From Planctomycetota bacterium (GTDB lineage: Bacteria > Planctomycetota > UBA1135 > UBA2386), in contig OZ245006.1 in NCBI GenBank assembly GCA_965223545.1, positions 7,264,001 through 7,328,000 of the forward strand: a stretch of DNA of 64,000 bases. Direction: 5' to 3'. Made by a program: the position numbers and the translations under genes. Below, piece after piece: positions 51,016-61,423 of the stretch (position 1 is the first letter of the stretch; each line of letters starts with the position of its first letter). The notes below the pieces were generated by a model. That model was given only the letters and a program-made list of their open reading frames with translations. It did no database searches and was not told the origin of the DNA.

Positions 51016-51593
51016 GCGGGGGATTGCGCGAGACGGCTGCAGAGTGCGGTGCGGGTCGCATGGTGGCCCTGGTCGGGCCGCGCGGCGCGGGCAAGAGCAC
51101 GCTTGGCCGGGCGCTCTCGGCGCGGCTGGGTGCGGCGTTGGTCGACACCGACGAGCGCATCGCGGCGGCGGTCGGCGCGCCGGCGGGGGAGTTCTTGGCC
51201 CGCGCCGGCGAGGCGGAGTTTCGCGCGGTCGAGGAGCGCGTCTGCCTGCTGGCGCTGGCCCCGCCTCGGCGTGGCACGGTGGTCGTCGCGCTCGGCGGCG
51301 GGGCGGTGCTGTCGCCCGCGGTGCGGTGCGCGCTGCGGCATCCGCGCGTGCTCTGCGTCGGCCTGGCCGCGCCGGTGGGGACGCTGGCGGATCGCATCGC
51401 CGGCGGCGGCCCGCGGCGGCCGGCGTTGACCGAGCTGCCGCCGGCGGAGGAGGTCGTGGCGTTGTGGGAAGCGAGGCGGCCGCTGTACGGCGAGGTCGCG
51501 CGCGTGTGGGTCAACACCGGCACCTCGAATGTCGATGCAAGTGTAGAGCGCATTCTGGGTATGATGCGCGCTGAACCGCCGCGCTCCCGGTAG
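51012..51593 (+). CDS. aroK: Shikimate kinase
   Basis: GPRGAGKST, GEAEFRAVE, ALGGG, RP, RRPLY. Confidence 0.92.
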   Translation: MSGGLRETAAECGAGRMVALVGPRGAGKSTLGRALSARLGAALVDTDERIAAAVGAPAGEFLARAGEAEFRAVEERVCLLALAPPRRGTVVVALGGGAVLSPAVRCALRHPRVLCVGLAAPVGTLADRIAGGGPRRPALTELPPAEEVVALWEARRPLYGEVARVWVNTGTSNVDASVERILGMMRAEPPRSR

Positions 51594-51627
51594 CGCCCGT
51601 CTCGGGGGCGTTCGGCCTTTGCCACCA

Positions 51628-54333
51628 ATGATTGCCGCCGCCGTCGCGTTCGCTGCCGGAGTCTCGCTCCTCGCGGGGGCCTCGGCCGTGCACGGTGCCA
51701 GCGTGCCGCAGGCGGCAGCCCGCGAGGCGCTTGTCGCGCAGCGCGATGGCCGGATCGAGGAGCTGCGCGCGCAGCTGCGGCTGCCCGGCCCCGAGGCGCG
51801 GGTGCAGCGCGAGGCGGCGGTGGCGCAGCTGCTGGCGATGGCCGAGGAGGCGGCGCACGTCGCGCTGCGCGAGCTGCTGGTCGAGACCGTCGACCAGAAC
51901 GGGCTGGTGCCGCATCTGCTCGACCAGCTGCGCATGCGTCTCCGCAATCCGCACGACGCGGTGCTCGGGCTACAGGTCGACGGCGCCGCGCCCCGCCGCG
52001 CGGCGTATCTCGCGGTGTTGATGCGGCGCTTGGGTCGCGACGCGCCGCTCGACGTGCGCCTGCGCGAGACGGTGTTCGCCTTCGCCTCGTGGGAGCGCGT
52101 GGTGGCCGTGCGCGGCTTGTTGGCCGACGATCAGGCGGGCGTGCGCGCTGCCGGCGCCCGCGCCGCTGGCTGGTGCCGGGACTTGAGCGTGGCGGTCGAG
52201 CTCGCGGGCCATCTGGATGGTGCCGGCGATGCTCTGGCGCCCCTGCTGCGCGCGGCCCTGGAGCGGCTGACCTTCGTGCAGGGCGGTTTTGCCAGCGAGG
52301 CGGAGTTCGGCGCCTGGTTCGAGCGCGTCGGCGCGGCGGAGAAGACCTTCGTCCACCTCGCCGAGGAGGCCGCCGAGCGGGTGCGGGCCGACGCGCGCGC
52401 CGACCGCGAAGCGCTGATCACGGCGCTCGAGAGTGCCGTCGTCGCGCTGGTCGACAGCTACGTCGACCGGCCGGAGGTCGACTGGGTCGGGCTCGGCGAG
52501 CGGCTGCTCGGAGATGGTCCCGAGCGGGCCGTGCGGGCCGGGCTGCGCCGGCTGCGCGCGCGCCTGTCCGAGCGAGTGACGTTGACGGGGGTCGCCAGCG
52601 ATCGGTTGTTGCTCTTGGACTCGCTCGGCGAGCGGCTCGAGCGGGCGTCGGATCCCGAGCAGGAGGCGGTGTTGCTCGAGCTGTGCGCGTATCTCGTCGC
52701 ACCCGAGGAGCTCGACCGCCGCAACCTCACCCTGGCGCGGCTGACAGCCGAGCTGCATCCGGGGCAGCAGCCCGTCGTGCGTCGCGCCGCGTTGGCCGGC
52801 CTGGCGCGCTTTCCGTCGACGGGTTCGCTGGAGAGCGTGTTGCAGGTGCTGCGCGAGGCACTGGACCGCAGTGACCAGCCGCTGCTGGCGCGGGCGATGG
52901 CGACCATCGCCGCGTGGCCGGCGCCGGAGCGGAAGGAGCGCGGCGAGTGGCTGCGGTTGATCGAGGCGTGTGTGCTCGACGCGCGGCTGTCGGTCGAGGT
53001 GCGCCGCCAAGCGCTGGCCGTGCTCGCCGGCACCGACGCGGAGGGGCGGCGCGTTCCCGAGGCGCAGGATGTGCTGGCGCGGCTCGTGGTGGCGCCCGAC
53101 CAAGATGTTTCGCTGCGCGAGATCGGCCTGCTGCGGCTGGCGGACGCCGCCGACACGCAGAACCTCGACGGCTACTTGCAGGCACTGATCGCCTGCCTGT
53201 CGGACCCCTCCGAGCGCGTGCGCAAGCGCGCCGCTGGGTTGCTGCCGCGCCTGCCACCGGCGGAAAGTCGCGAGCAGCACCGCGGCTGGCTGCGCCAAGT
53301 GCTCGACGCGGCCCGGCCGCGGCTGCTCATCGAGACCGATGCGGGCGTGCACCAACAGCTGGCGCAGAGCATGCGCCAGCTCGGCGAGCAGGGGGGCGAG
53401 CCGCAAATGGTGATCGCCGTATTGGCCGAGGTCGGCACCGGTTTGGCCGGCACCGAGTCGGGTGCGGACGGCGGCTTCCGCCGCGCGCATGTCATCGAGG
53501 CTCTGCGGATCTTGGCCTCGGCGCAGGACCGCGAGCCCGAGTTGTGGATCCGCGCGGGCGAGGCCATCGCGGCGCTCAGGGACCGCGCTGCGCTGCGCTT
53601 CGTGCTGATGCGTCCGCTCGCCAACCAAGCGGGTGCCGCCGCCGCGTTGCCGGCTCCGCTCGCCGCCCGCGTGCGCACCCTGCGGTTGGCGGCCGCCCGC
53701 CTGGCGCCCCCCGACCTGGACTGGAGCGCCACCGAGCAAGCCGCCGAGCGCGATGCAGTGCTGGCCGCGGTCGAGGCTCAAACCGCGGCCGGCACGCCGC
53801 CGAACGATCCGCTGATGACCGCCCTGCGCATGCGTCTCCACGCGGCGCGCGGCGAGCACGAGGCCGTCGTCGACCTCGCCGCCGCGCTGGCCGCCAGCGG
53901 CGCCGACACGCTGCCCGACGCCCACCGCCGCGCCACCGCGCTCTGCGCGGCGCGCAGCCACCGCAGCCAACGCCAGCTCGTCGCCGCCCGCGACTGGCTG
54001 CTGCCGCTGGTCTCCGCCAGCGCCCCGGACGCCCCCGCGATCCGCCTGCTGCAAGACCTCGCCAAGGACTTGGTCAAGGACGGCAACCCCACCTCCGCCG
54101 TCCCCGCCCTCCGCGCGATTCTCGACGCCACCCCCGCCGACTCCATCGAGCTCCCCGCCCGCGTCCTCACCCTCGCCGAGACCATGCTCCGCGCCGACCC
54201 GCAAGCCGCGGGCGCGGTAAAGAGCGTGCTCGACGAACAGCGCGGATTGTTCACCGGCGAAGGCGTCAACCGCGCGCACGCGCGGAGGTACGACGCGCTC
54301 TTGCGCCAGCTCGAGGGCGCTGCCGGCGGGTAG
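51628..54333 (+). CDS. Large secreted HEAT/TPR-repeat helical protein
   Basis: Signal-like N-terminus; HEAT-like units (LSDPSERVRKRAA, VVRRAALAGL). Confidence 0.65.
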   Translation: MIAAAVAFAAGVSLLAGASAVHGASVPQAAAREALVAQRDGRIEELRAQLRLPGPEARVQREAAVAQLLAMAEEAAHVALRELLVETVDQNGLVPHLLDQLRMRLRNPHDAVLGLQVDGAAPRRAAYLAVLMRRLGRDAPLDVRLRETVFAFASWERVVAVRGLLADDQAGVRAAGARAAGWCRDLSVAVELAGHLDGAGDALAPLLRAALERLTFVQGGFASEAEFGAWFERVGAAEKTFVHLAEEAAERVRADARADREALITALESAVVALVDSYVDRPEVDWVGLGERLLGDGPERAVRAGLRRLRARLSERVTLTGVASDRLLLLDSLGERLERASDPEQEAVLLELCAYLVAPEELDRRNLTLARLTAELHPGQQPVVRRAALAGLARFPSTGSLESVLQVLREALDRSDQPLLARAMATIAAWPAPERKERGEWLRLIEACVLDARLSVEVRRQALAVLAGTDAEGRRVPEAQDVLARLVVAPDQDVSLREIGLLRLADAADTQNLDGYLQALIACLSDPSERVRKRAAGLLPRLPPAESREQHRGWLRQVLDAARPRLLIETDAGVHQQLAQSMRQLGEQGGEPQMVIAVLAEVGTGLAGTESGADGGFRRAHVIEALRILASAQDREPELWIRAGEAIAALRDRAALRFVLMRPLANQAGAAAALPAPLAARVRTLRLAAARLAPPDLDWSATEQAAERDAVLAAVEAQTAAGTPPNDPLMTALRMRLHAARGEHEAVVDLAAALAASGADTLPDAHRRATALCAARSHRSQRQLVAARDWLLPLVSASAPDAPAIRLLQDLAKDLVKDGNPTSAVPALRAILDATPADSIELPARVLTLAETMLRADPQAAGAVKSVLDEQRGLFTGEGVNRAHARRYDALLRQLEGAAGG

Positions 54334-54387
54334 CGCGGGTGCGCCGGTGCGCGGAGAGGGGGCGCGATGGTTTTTGTGGGTGGGCGC

Positions 54388-54415
54388 TTGAAGTCGGGGG
54401 GTGCCGCCCTATCCT
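54388..54415 (+). promoter_or_regulatory. Putative sigma70 promoter of the tRNA
   Basis: TTGAAG-16 nt-TATCCT, 18 nt upstream of the tRNA. Confidence 0.45.
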
Positions 54416-54433
54416 CCTCGCCTCACCACTCGA

Positions 54434-54510
<77 letters not shown>

Positions 54511-54517
54511 GTTGGTC

Positions 54518-54554
54518 GTGGGGCGAACCGGTCCACAAAGCCGGTTCGCCCCAC
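54518..54554 (+). terminator. 14-bp hairpin after the tRNA
   Basis: GTGGGGCGAACCGG / CCGGTTCGCCCCAC; no clear U-tract. Confidence 0.55.
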
Positions 54555-54665
54555 AACTTATGCGCCTCTCCTTCTTCCCGAGGGCACTTCGTCTGACATC
54601 GACGAACGCGGCGTGAACTTCTCAAACTGCAACCACTGGTTGCAAAAGCCGAGAGGATCGCAGCC

Positions 54666-55243
54666 ATGCCCAAGAGGCGAGAGTCCCCCCTGCCCCGCTA
54701 CCAGGAACGAAGAGACAGGGGAACCGCTGTCTCGTGGGTCTACGACGAGAGCGGAAAGCGGCACCAGGTCACCCTTGGTGCTTACGGTTCTCCAGAAAGT
54801 AAGCGTCGCTACCGAGAGCTTCTGGCATCTCTTGTCGACGGAAGAGTGAGCAGCAGCGCCGCAGGCCCCTGCCCCGCTCATGCAAGCGGAGTCACCATTG
54901 AAACGCTCGCTGCTCGATTCCTCGCCTGGGCTGAGCGCTACTACCGAAAGCCGGACGGAACTCCAACTCGAGAGTTTCCAAACTTCGTCGCAGCTGCCCG
55001 CCCCCTGCTCGAACTCTACCGAGATGAACTCGCAACTGAGTTCGGCCCGCTAAAACTCCGGCGCGTTCGCGAGGTCATGGTCGGACTTGGGTGGAGCCGC
55101 ACCTTCATCAACAAGCAGGTTGTCCGTCTCCGCCGCATGTTCAAGTGGGGCGTCGAGCAAGAACTGATCGCTCCGTCAGTTCATCAGGCGTTGCAAGCGG
55201 TTGCTGGACTCAAGCGAGGCCGGACCTCTGCGCCGGAACCCAA
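54666..55243 (+). pseudogene. Tyrosine integrase, N-terminal part only (cut by IS256)
   Basis: LGAYGSPES..RY, FGPLKL, INKQV.R.RRMFKWGV..ELI; no catalytic R-H-R-Y region before the IS256 TIR. Confidence 0.8.
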
Positions 55244-56627
55244 GGGATTCTGTCAAGAGTTGTGGATGGCGAGTTGATCACGCGGCGTCCTCAGCCCAGA
55301 TTCCATCTTTGACTGAACGCCGTCGACGACTGCACGGACGAGCTCCGCGCCGTTGAGGCGACGCCATTTCTTTTCCGCGGCCTCGGCCAACTTGAAGACC
55401 ATGGCCAGACAGGCGACCCGTGACCCGGAACCCTTAGTGTGCCGGTGGCGCAGGCGGGCGGTCGCGAACGTGGACTCGATCGGATTCGTAGTTCGCACGT
55501 GTTGCCAGTGCTCCGCCGGGAAGTCGTAGAAGGCGAGCAATTCGTCACGGTCCTTCTTCAAGCAGTTGTTGGCTTTCGGGTACTTGGCCTCGTACTTGGC
55601 AATGAACGCGTCGAATGACGTGATCGCGTCATCGCGCTTCTCGGCCATCCAGATTTGGTGAAGGTCGGTTTTTACCGTCGCGTGCTTGTTCTTGAGGGAA
55701 GCAGTTCAGCACGTTGCCGGCCTTGTGCATCCAGCAACGCTGAGCCCGCGTCGTCGGAAACTCCTCGGCGAGCGCCTTCCAGAAACCGAGCGCGCCATCG
55801 CCAATTGCAAGCTCGGACGCGTGCTCGAGCCCTCGCTGCTTCATTCCCAGAAGGTTCTCCTTCCAGCTCTGGGCACTCTCGCGGTATAGCCGTCGTCGAT
55901 CGCCACGAGTTCCTTCCTGCCGTCCTTGGTGGCCCCCATGACCTCGAGGATGCACTGGCGGTCCTCCTCGAGCCTGATTTGAAGTGCACGCCATCGACCC
56001 AGAGGTAGGCGTAGCGCTTGCCGGCGAGTGAGCGCTGGCTCCATTCCTGGCACTCCTTGGACCAGATTTCTTTGAGGCGGACGACCGTGGTGGTCGACAG
56101 GCTCGCCGTGCTGTTGCCGGTCAGGTGCTGCAAGCACTCCGAGAAGTCATTGGTCGAGATCCCCTTGACGTAGAGCCAGGGGATGAACTCCTCGATGTCC
56201 TTGTGCGGCGGAGATATGGCGGCAGGATCTTGCTCGTGAACCTGAAGCGTGAGCCGTCGGCGTCGATGCGCTTGTCGTTGACGCACGGTTGCTTGACTTC
56301 GACGGTGCCTACGCCCGTGTGAATCTCGCGCTTGCGATGGCGGCCGTTTCGGACGACGAGCCGATGGCCAGCCTCGTCGACCTCGTTCCCGTGCTTGTCG
56401 ATGTAGGCCGCGACCCCCGCCTCGATGGCTGTCGCCAGCATCTGCTGGGCACCGGCCCGGAGAACTTCGGTGAGCGCGTCCTGGGCGGAGCCTGGACCTG
56501 AGAGAACGAGTGACGTAGCTTCCATCTCGTGGCGTACCTGCCCTTGCCGGGGCGATTGGCTGTCGTGAACAACTGCCAAGGTACGCCGCATGTTTGTACG
56601 GTCATCCAAAACTTCTGGTCATATCCC
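55244..56627 (-). mobile_element. IS256-family element, decayed
   Basis: Imperfect TIRs GGGATTCTGTCAAGAGTTGTGGATG / GGGATATGACCAGAAGTTTTGGATG; no TSD seen. Confidence 0.8.
55253..56525 (-). pseudogene. IS256 transposase with at least 4 frameshifts
   Basis: RNG, LYVKGIST, WVDG, IGDG, QRCWMHK, RTTNPIES spread over five ORF fragments. Confidence 0.88.
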
Positions 56628-56669
56628 GCTCACTTTCCGCAGGGGCGCCTCTGTGAGAAGATCCACCTC

Positions 56670-57572
56670 ATGGCTAACGAAGAGCACGTTCGCGTTCTGC
56701 TAGAGGGGACAAGCGCGATCGAGAAGTACCGAGCACAGCAAAAGGTGCGCGGCGGAATGAATATCGACGTGCCACTCGATCTGCGAGGAGCGTCACTCAT
56801 TGACGCTACGCTCAAGCATGCTCCACTGCGTTGGTGTGACTTCACAAAAGCTAAACTGTGTAATGCCAATCTCTGGCACGCATACCTAATTGAATGCACA
56901 CTCGACGATGCGGATCTGAAAGAAGCCAACCTCTGTTATGCCGACCTCACTGGGTCGAGCATGGTTGGCACCAACCTTCGCGGTGCGGTCCTACTGCATG
57001 CTCGAGGAGTCAACCTGACAGGTGCCAGGGGCTATGTGCTTGACGGTGAAGACATGTCCTCCTGGGTGCTGCCCCCATCGCCACTGCTTCCGATCATCGA
57101 GCATGTAACAGCTTCTGCCGAAGGCGTATCGGTGCGCCGTCGGTTTGGCTGGCCATATACTGATCCATGGAGTGCGTTGCGCCGTACGTACACAGGCGTT
57201 ATGACCGCATTCCATTTGTTGCTTGGGATCACGGCGTTGGCCCCACATGTTCTGCAGGCTACCCTGGGTATCTCGAATGGCGACACTCAAGATTATTCCC
57301 GATTCGAGGTTCTGCTCGGATGGCACAAGCCTGAACCGGGGCTCCTGGTTGCTTCCTCTGGCATCATTATCGGGTACAACGTGCTCCGCATCGGCGCCAC
57401 CTGGTATTTATCACAACTTCGTGAAGAAGAGGCTCGATCTCACCACGCCCCCCGAAAAAGCCAGTATCTATATTGGTGGATAGCGCACCAGTGGTTTATG
57501 CGCTGGGCAGCGCTGCTTGCAGTTGGGCTCAGCATTTGGCGAACCTGCTGCTGGCTCTCCGAGCCGGTCTGA
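56670..57572 (+). CDS. Pentapeptide-repeat protein with C-terminal TM helices
   Basis: A(D/N)Lxx repeats, three hydrophobic segments, visibly lower GC. Confidence 0.8.
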   Translation: MANEEHVRVLLEGTSAIEKYRAQQKVRGGMNIDVPLDLRGASLIDATLKHAPLRWCDFTKAKLCNANLWHAYLIECTLDDADLKEANLCYADLTGSSMVGTNLRGAVLLHARGVNLTGARGYVLDGEDMSSWVLPPSPLLPIIEHVTASAEGVSVRRRFGWPYTDPWSALRRTYTGVMTAFHLLLGITALAPHVLQATLGISNGDTQDYSRFEVLLGWHKPEPGLLVASSGIIIGYNVLRIGATWYLSQLREEEARSHHAPRKSQYLYWWIAHQWFMRWAALLAVGLSIWRTCCWLSEPV

Positions 57573-57770
57573 TCGTCTGACTCTGAACTGAGCTGGCACG
57601 ACGAAACTGTTGCGGCCGTGTGGTCCGAAAAATCAGTCGGTGCGAATCAGTGGCTCGAGGTCGCTCACAAAGGGCACTCGCCGATCCGGCGGACACCAGT
57701 TCGGTCGGCACGAGCAGAACGGTGGCGCTTGTAGCATGTCGTTTCAGGGTTCCCCGTGGTGGCTCAGCCG

Positions 57771-57885
57771 TCAGGCCGCGCGGTGGTAGCTGTTGAGCAG
57801 CCCACCGAGTCGTTCGTGGACGACGACCTCGCCGTTACCAGTCGACGGCACATCATCGATCAGCTCGTTACCGAGTCCTTGGTGC
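57771..57885 (-). pseudogene. 3' remnant of the rve integrase-core transposase
   Basis: HQGLGNELI...ERLGGLLNSYHRAA continues 60377-61239 once IS66 is removed. Confidence 0.85.
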
Positions 57886-57942
57886 GTAACTGTTCCGGCA
57901 ACCACGTCTGCAAACGCTCGAGTCGTTCGCCACGATGCGGCC

Positions 57943-58272
57943 ATGTCGAAGCGAGCAAGTCGTCGCCGTGAGATCCGGCAGGTTCTCGCGCTCCGCGAGC
58001 AGGAAGGGTTTTCGCTGCGTGCGCTCTCGGAGCGGTTCGGTATCCCGATCGGGACGCTGAGTTGGTGGTCGCATCGGTTGCGATCGGAGGAGAGCACTGG
58101 GTTCGCGGAGGTCCGAGTCGTCGATCGCGATGGTCGGGGCCGGACGAGTAACGACGAGGGCGAGAGCTCGAGCCTTGTGCGGCTCAGGTTCCCGGCGGGC
58201 GTCGTCGCGGAGTTCGAGGGCGCGATTGCTCAAGACATCGCGTACCGCTTGCTGGACTCTGTGGCCGACTGA
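57943..58272 (+). CDS. tnpA: IS66 accessory protein TnpA
   Basis: HTH, TLSWWSHRL, FAEV; stop overlaps tnpB start. Confidence 0.8.
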   Translation: MSKRASRRREIRQVLALREQEGFSLRALSERFGIPIGTLSWWSHRLRSEESTGFAEVRVVDRDGRGRTSNDEGESSSLVRLRFPAGVVAEFEGAIAQDIAYRLLDSVAD

Positions 58273-58685
58273 TGCTGGCCTTCCCAGCGGGCGTGCGCGT
58301 GTACGTCGCCAACGAGCCAACCGACATGAGGAAGTCGTTCGACGGGCTGAGCGCGATCGTCCAGCACAGCTTTCATCGGGATCCGTTCGATGGCGACGTC
58401 TTCGCGTTCTTCAACCGGCGTCGCGATCGCGTGAAGATCTTGTTCTGGGATCGCAACGGTTTCTGGATCTCGATGAAGCGACTCGAGCGCGGCACGTTTG
58501 ACAGTTGGCGTCCCAAGAGCGGCGACGCCACACATGTCGAAGTCGAGCGCGCACAGCTCGTGATGTTGCTCGAAGGGATTGATCTGAAATCCGCCAAGTT
58601 TCGTCGGCATTACTCGCGCTCTGTTCGTATCAATGGTCGCGATGGGCGGTCGCAAGCAAACGGTCAACGTCGACGCACTGGATGA
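58272..58685 (+). CDS. tnpB: IS66 accessory protein TnpB
   Basis: DMRKSFDGL, KILFWD.NGF, KRLERG.F. Confidence 0.92.
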   Translation: MLAFPAGVRVYVANEPTDMRKSFDGLSAIVQHSFHRDPFDGDVFAFFNRRRDRVKILFWDRNGFWISMKRLERGTFDSWRPKSGDATHVEVERAQLVMLLEGIDLKSAKFRRHYSRSVRINGRDGRSQANGQRRRTG

Positions 58686-60255
58686 GGCGCAGCTACGTGC
58701 CTTGATCCCGGATCTGCTCACGCAGATCTCGTCGCTGAAGTCGCAGATGTCCGACCTTCAGCGCATGCTGTTCGGTCGCCGCTCGGAGAAGAGCCGCTAC
58801 ATCGACCCGCGACAGCTGCTGCCGTTCGCGCAAGAGGCTGTAGAGGAAGCGGGAGCCGACGCCAAGGCGGCCGAAGAAGAGGCCGAAGAGATCACCGTCC
58901 CCGAGCACAAGCGCAAGCGCACCAAGCGACGCAAGGACTTCCCAGAGCATCTTCCGCGGCAACGCTCCGTATTCACGATCGAGGGCGAGGACCTGCTGTG
59001 CCCTTGCTGCGGCAACGGCCGTCGGGAGTTCGGCGAAGAGGTCTCGCAGGAGCTCGAGCGCATCGAGCTCTCGTTCGTCCACCAGATCGTGAGGAAGAAG
59101 TACTCCTGCGCGACCTGTCAGGGCTACGTCGTCGTCGCCGCGGGCCCCACCCGAGTCCTCGACAAAAGCATCCTCGGCCCCGGCTTCCTTGCGCAGATCA
59201 TCTTCGACCGCTTTGCCAACCACATGCCGTACGCGCGGTTGGAGAAGAAGTACGCAGCCGAGGGGCTCAGCCTGTCGCGTAGCGTCCTATGCACTTCGGC
59301 GATGCGCTGTGCCGAGCTCCTGAAGCCCGTGTTCGATGCCCATGTCGAGCAAGTTCTCGAGAGCCTCGACACCTCCGTCCTGCAGGTGGACGACACCTAC
59401 GGCAACCAGCGCAACGGCCGAAACCCCGGACAGAAAAAGATCCACGTGTGGGCGTGGCGCGATCAACACGCCGGGGTTTTCTACACCGCTACGGACTCAC
59501 GCAATCGCGGCAGCCCCAAAGAGGTCTTGGGCGACCGCGGTGGTCGGTTGCAGTGCGATGGCCATGACTGCTACAGCGATCTCGATCCAACCAGCATCGC
59601 GCGCATCGGATGCTGGGCACACCTTCGTCGCTACTTCGTGAATGCGCGGAAGCTCGGCGACTCGACCACGGAGAAGGCTCTGGGCTGGATCGGCAAGCTG
59701 TTCGCGATCGAGAGCGTCGCCAAGAAGGGCAAAGATGGTCGACCCTTCACGGATGACGAGCTGGTCGAGGTCCGTCAGCGCGACTCTCGCCCGATTGCGA
59801 ACGCGCTCAAGGCTTGGCTCGAGCAGATGCACATCGACCAGCCGAGCCTCCCGAAGGGGCCGCTCATGGAGGGAGTTCGCTACGGGCTCAACCAGTGGCC
59901 TGCTCTCGAGCGCTTCCTGACCGATGGCCGCATCCGCGAGATCTCGAACAACGGTTGCGAGCGTGCTCTGCGTGCAGTCGTGATCGGCAAGAAGAACTGG
60001 CTCTTCTTCGGATCCGAGGACGGCACCCAAGCTTCACTCATCCTCTTGAGTCTCGTCCAGTCGTGTCGAGAGCATGGCATCAGCCCGCTGCTCTACCTGC
60101 GGGATGTGCTTCACGCGATCTCGACCACTCCTGCCTCCCAGGTCGGTCAGCTGACTCCGCGTGGCTGGATGCTGGGACGGCAACGGCGTGCCCAGATCGC
60201 CAAAGCCGACAACGCGATCGACAACATCGTGCGTCAGTTGTTCGTGGGCTCGTAG
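58633..60255 (+). CDS. tnpC: IS66 transposase TnpC
   Basis: [42 protein letters not shown]. Confidence 0.95.
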   Translation: MVAMGGRKQTVNVDALDEAQLRALIPDLLTQISSLKSQMSDLQRMLFGRRSEKSRYIDPRQLLPFAQEAVEEAGADAKAAEEEAEEITVPEHKRKRTKRRKDFPEHLPRQRSVFTIEGEDLLCPCCGNGRREFGEEVSQELERIELSFVHQIVRKKYSCATCQGYVVVAAGPTRVLDKSILGPGFLAQIIFDRFANHMPYARLEKKYAAEGLSLSRSVLCTSAMRCAELLKPVFDAHVEQVLESLDTSVLQVDDTYGNQRNGRNPGQKKIHVWAWRDQHAGVFYTATDSRNRGSPKEVLGDRGGRLQCDGHDCYSDLDPTSIARIGCWAHLRRYFVNARKLGDSTTEKALGWIGKLFAIESVAKKGKDGRPFTDDELVEVRQRDSRPIANALKAWLEQMHIDQPSLPKGPLMEGVRYGLNQWPALERFLTDGRIREISNNGCERALRAVVIGKKNWLFFGSEDGTQASLILLSLVQSCREHGISPLLYLRDVLHAISTTPASQVGQLTPRGWMLGRQRRAQIAKADNAIDNIVRQLFVGS

Positions 60256-60376
60256 CCCAGCCAGCTACGGACGGTCACCGTCGTGGCCGGCGCCGGTGCC
60301 GACACCCGGTGGCCGAAGTTTCTGTTCATGCGCCGGTTCGGCGCGGCGCGAAGAACGTGCGTGCCGGAACAGTTAC

Positions 60377-61239
60377 CTTGGTGCGGCCGTTCGGCGTGGT
60401 AGTGGGCGACGTACTCGTTGAGCGCGCGCTCGAGATGGCCCTGCCCGAACAGGATGAGGCGATCCAGGCACTCCGTCTTCACCGACTTGACCCAGCGCTC
60501 GGCGAACGCGTTCATGTCCGGGGCTTCGTAGGCGGTGCGGACCGTCTCGATGCCGGCGTTCGTGATGACCTTGCAGAAGTGCTCGGTGAACTTCGTGTCG
60601 CGATCGAGGATCAGGAAGCGCTTGCCGCGAAGGAAGCCGTCATCGAGCGCCGTGAGGTTGCGAGCGACCTGGGCCATGAAGCCGCCGTCGGGGTTCGTGG
60701 TCGTGCCGGCGATGTGGACGACGCGCGAAGCGTGGTGGATCACGAACAGCACGTAGTGCGTGACGAGGCCACGGCTGGTCCAGACCTCGGTCGTGAAGAA
60801 GTCAGCGGCACAGATCACGTCCGCATGGGACTTGAGGAAGGTGCGCCACGAGGTCGGTCGCTCGGGTGCTGGTCGAATGCCGTGCTCTCGCAGCGTGTTC
60901 GCGATGGTCGATCGCGCGACGGTATGGTTGGGCTTCTTGAGCTCGCCGCGGATGCGGCCGTAGCCCCATTCGGCGTTGTCGGTGGCCATGCGGACGATCA
61001 AGGCGCGGATCGCCTTCATGAGTCCCGGCCGGCCGACGCGCTTGGTCGGGTGCGTCCACTTCGCCGCGATCAGGTTGCGGTGCCAGCGCATTATGGTGTC
61101 GGGCGTGACGATGTTGGCGACGCGGTGGAGCAGTCTCCAGCCGAGCACCTTGCCCTTCGCTGCGAGCCTGCTCCGTTGATCATCGCTCAGACGAAGTCGT
61201 CGATCGCCGAGCTGCTCGCGCAGTACTCGGTTCTCCTCT
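60377..61239 (-). pseudogene. rve integrase-core transposase, interrupted by IS66 and 5'-truncated
   Basis: [41 protein letters not shown]; in-frame stop just upstream of EENR. Confidence 0.85.
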
Positions 61240-61423
61240 CAGAGCGTTCCTCGGGTTGTGAACCCGAGAGCGGAAAACGTGGGTCGATCCAGACGCTCCT
61301 CGAACTCGAGGGTTCGGAGATCGGAGGTCGACCTGGCGCGAGGGTCATGGCGACCATCCTTCGATGGCCACGCTGACGGGGTGTGCCGAGCATGAACCGC
61401 TCGGAACATGGAGCGAAGCTCCT

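Larger units (their letters stand above)
57886..60376 (+). mobile_element. IS66-family element
   Basis: TIR GTAACTGTTCCGGCA; 8-bp TSD CTTGGTGC (57878-85, 60377-84); tnpA-tnpB-tnpC. Confidence 0.95.

Noticed and set aside
61240..61420. Possible IS end or hairpin (CTCGGGTT-GTG-AACCCGAG) at the rve truncation point
   Set aside because: No matching second end or transposase could be identified
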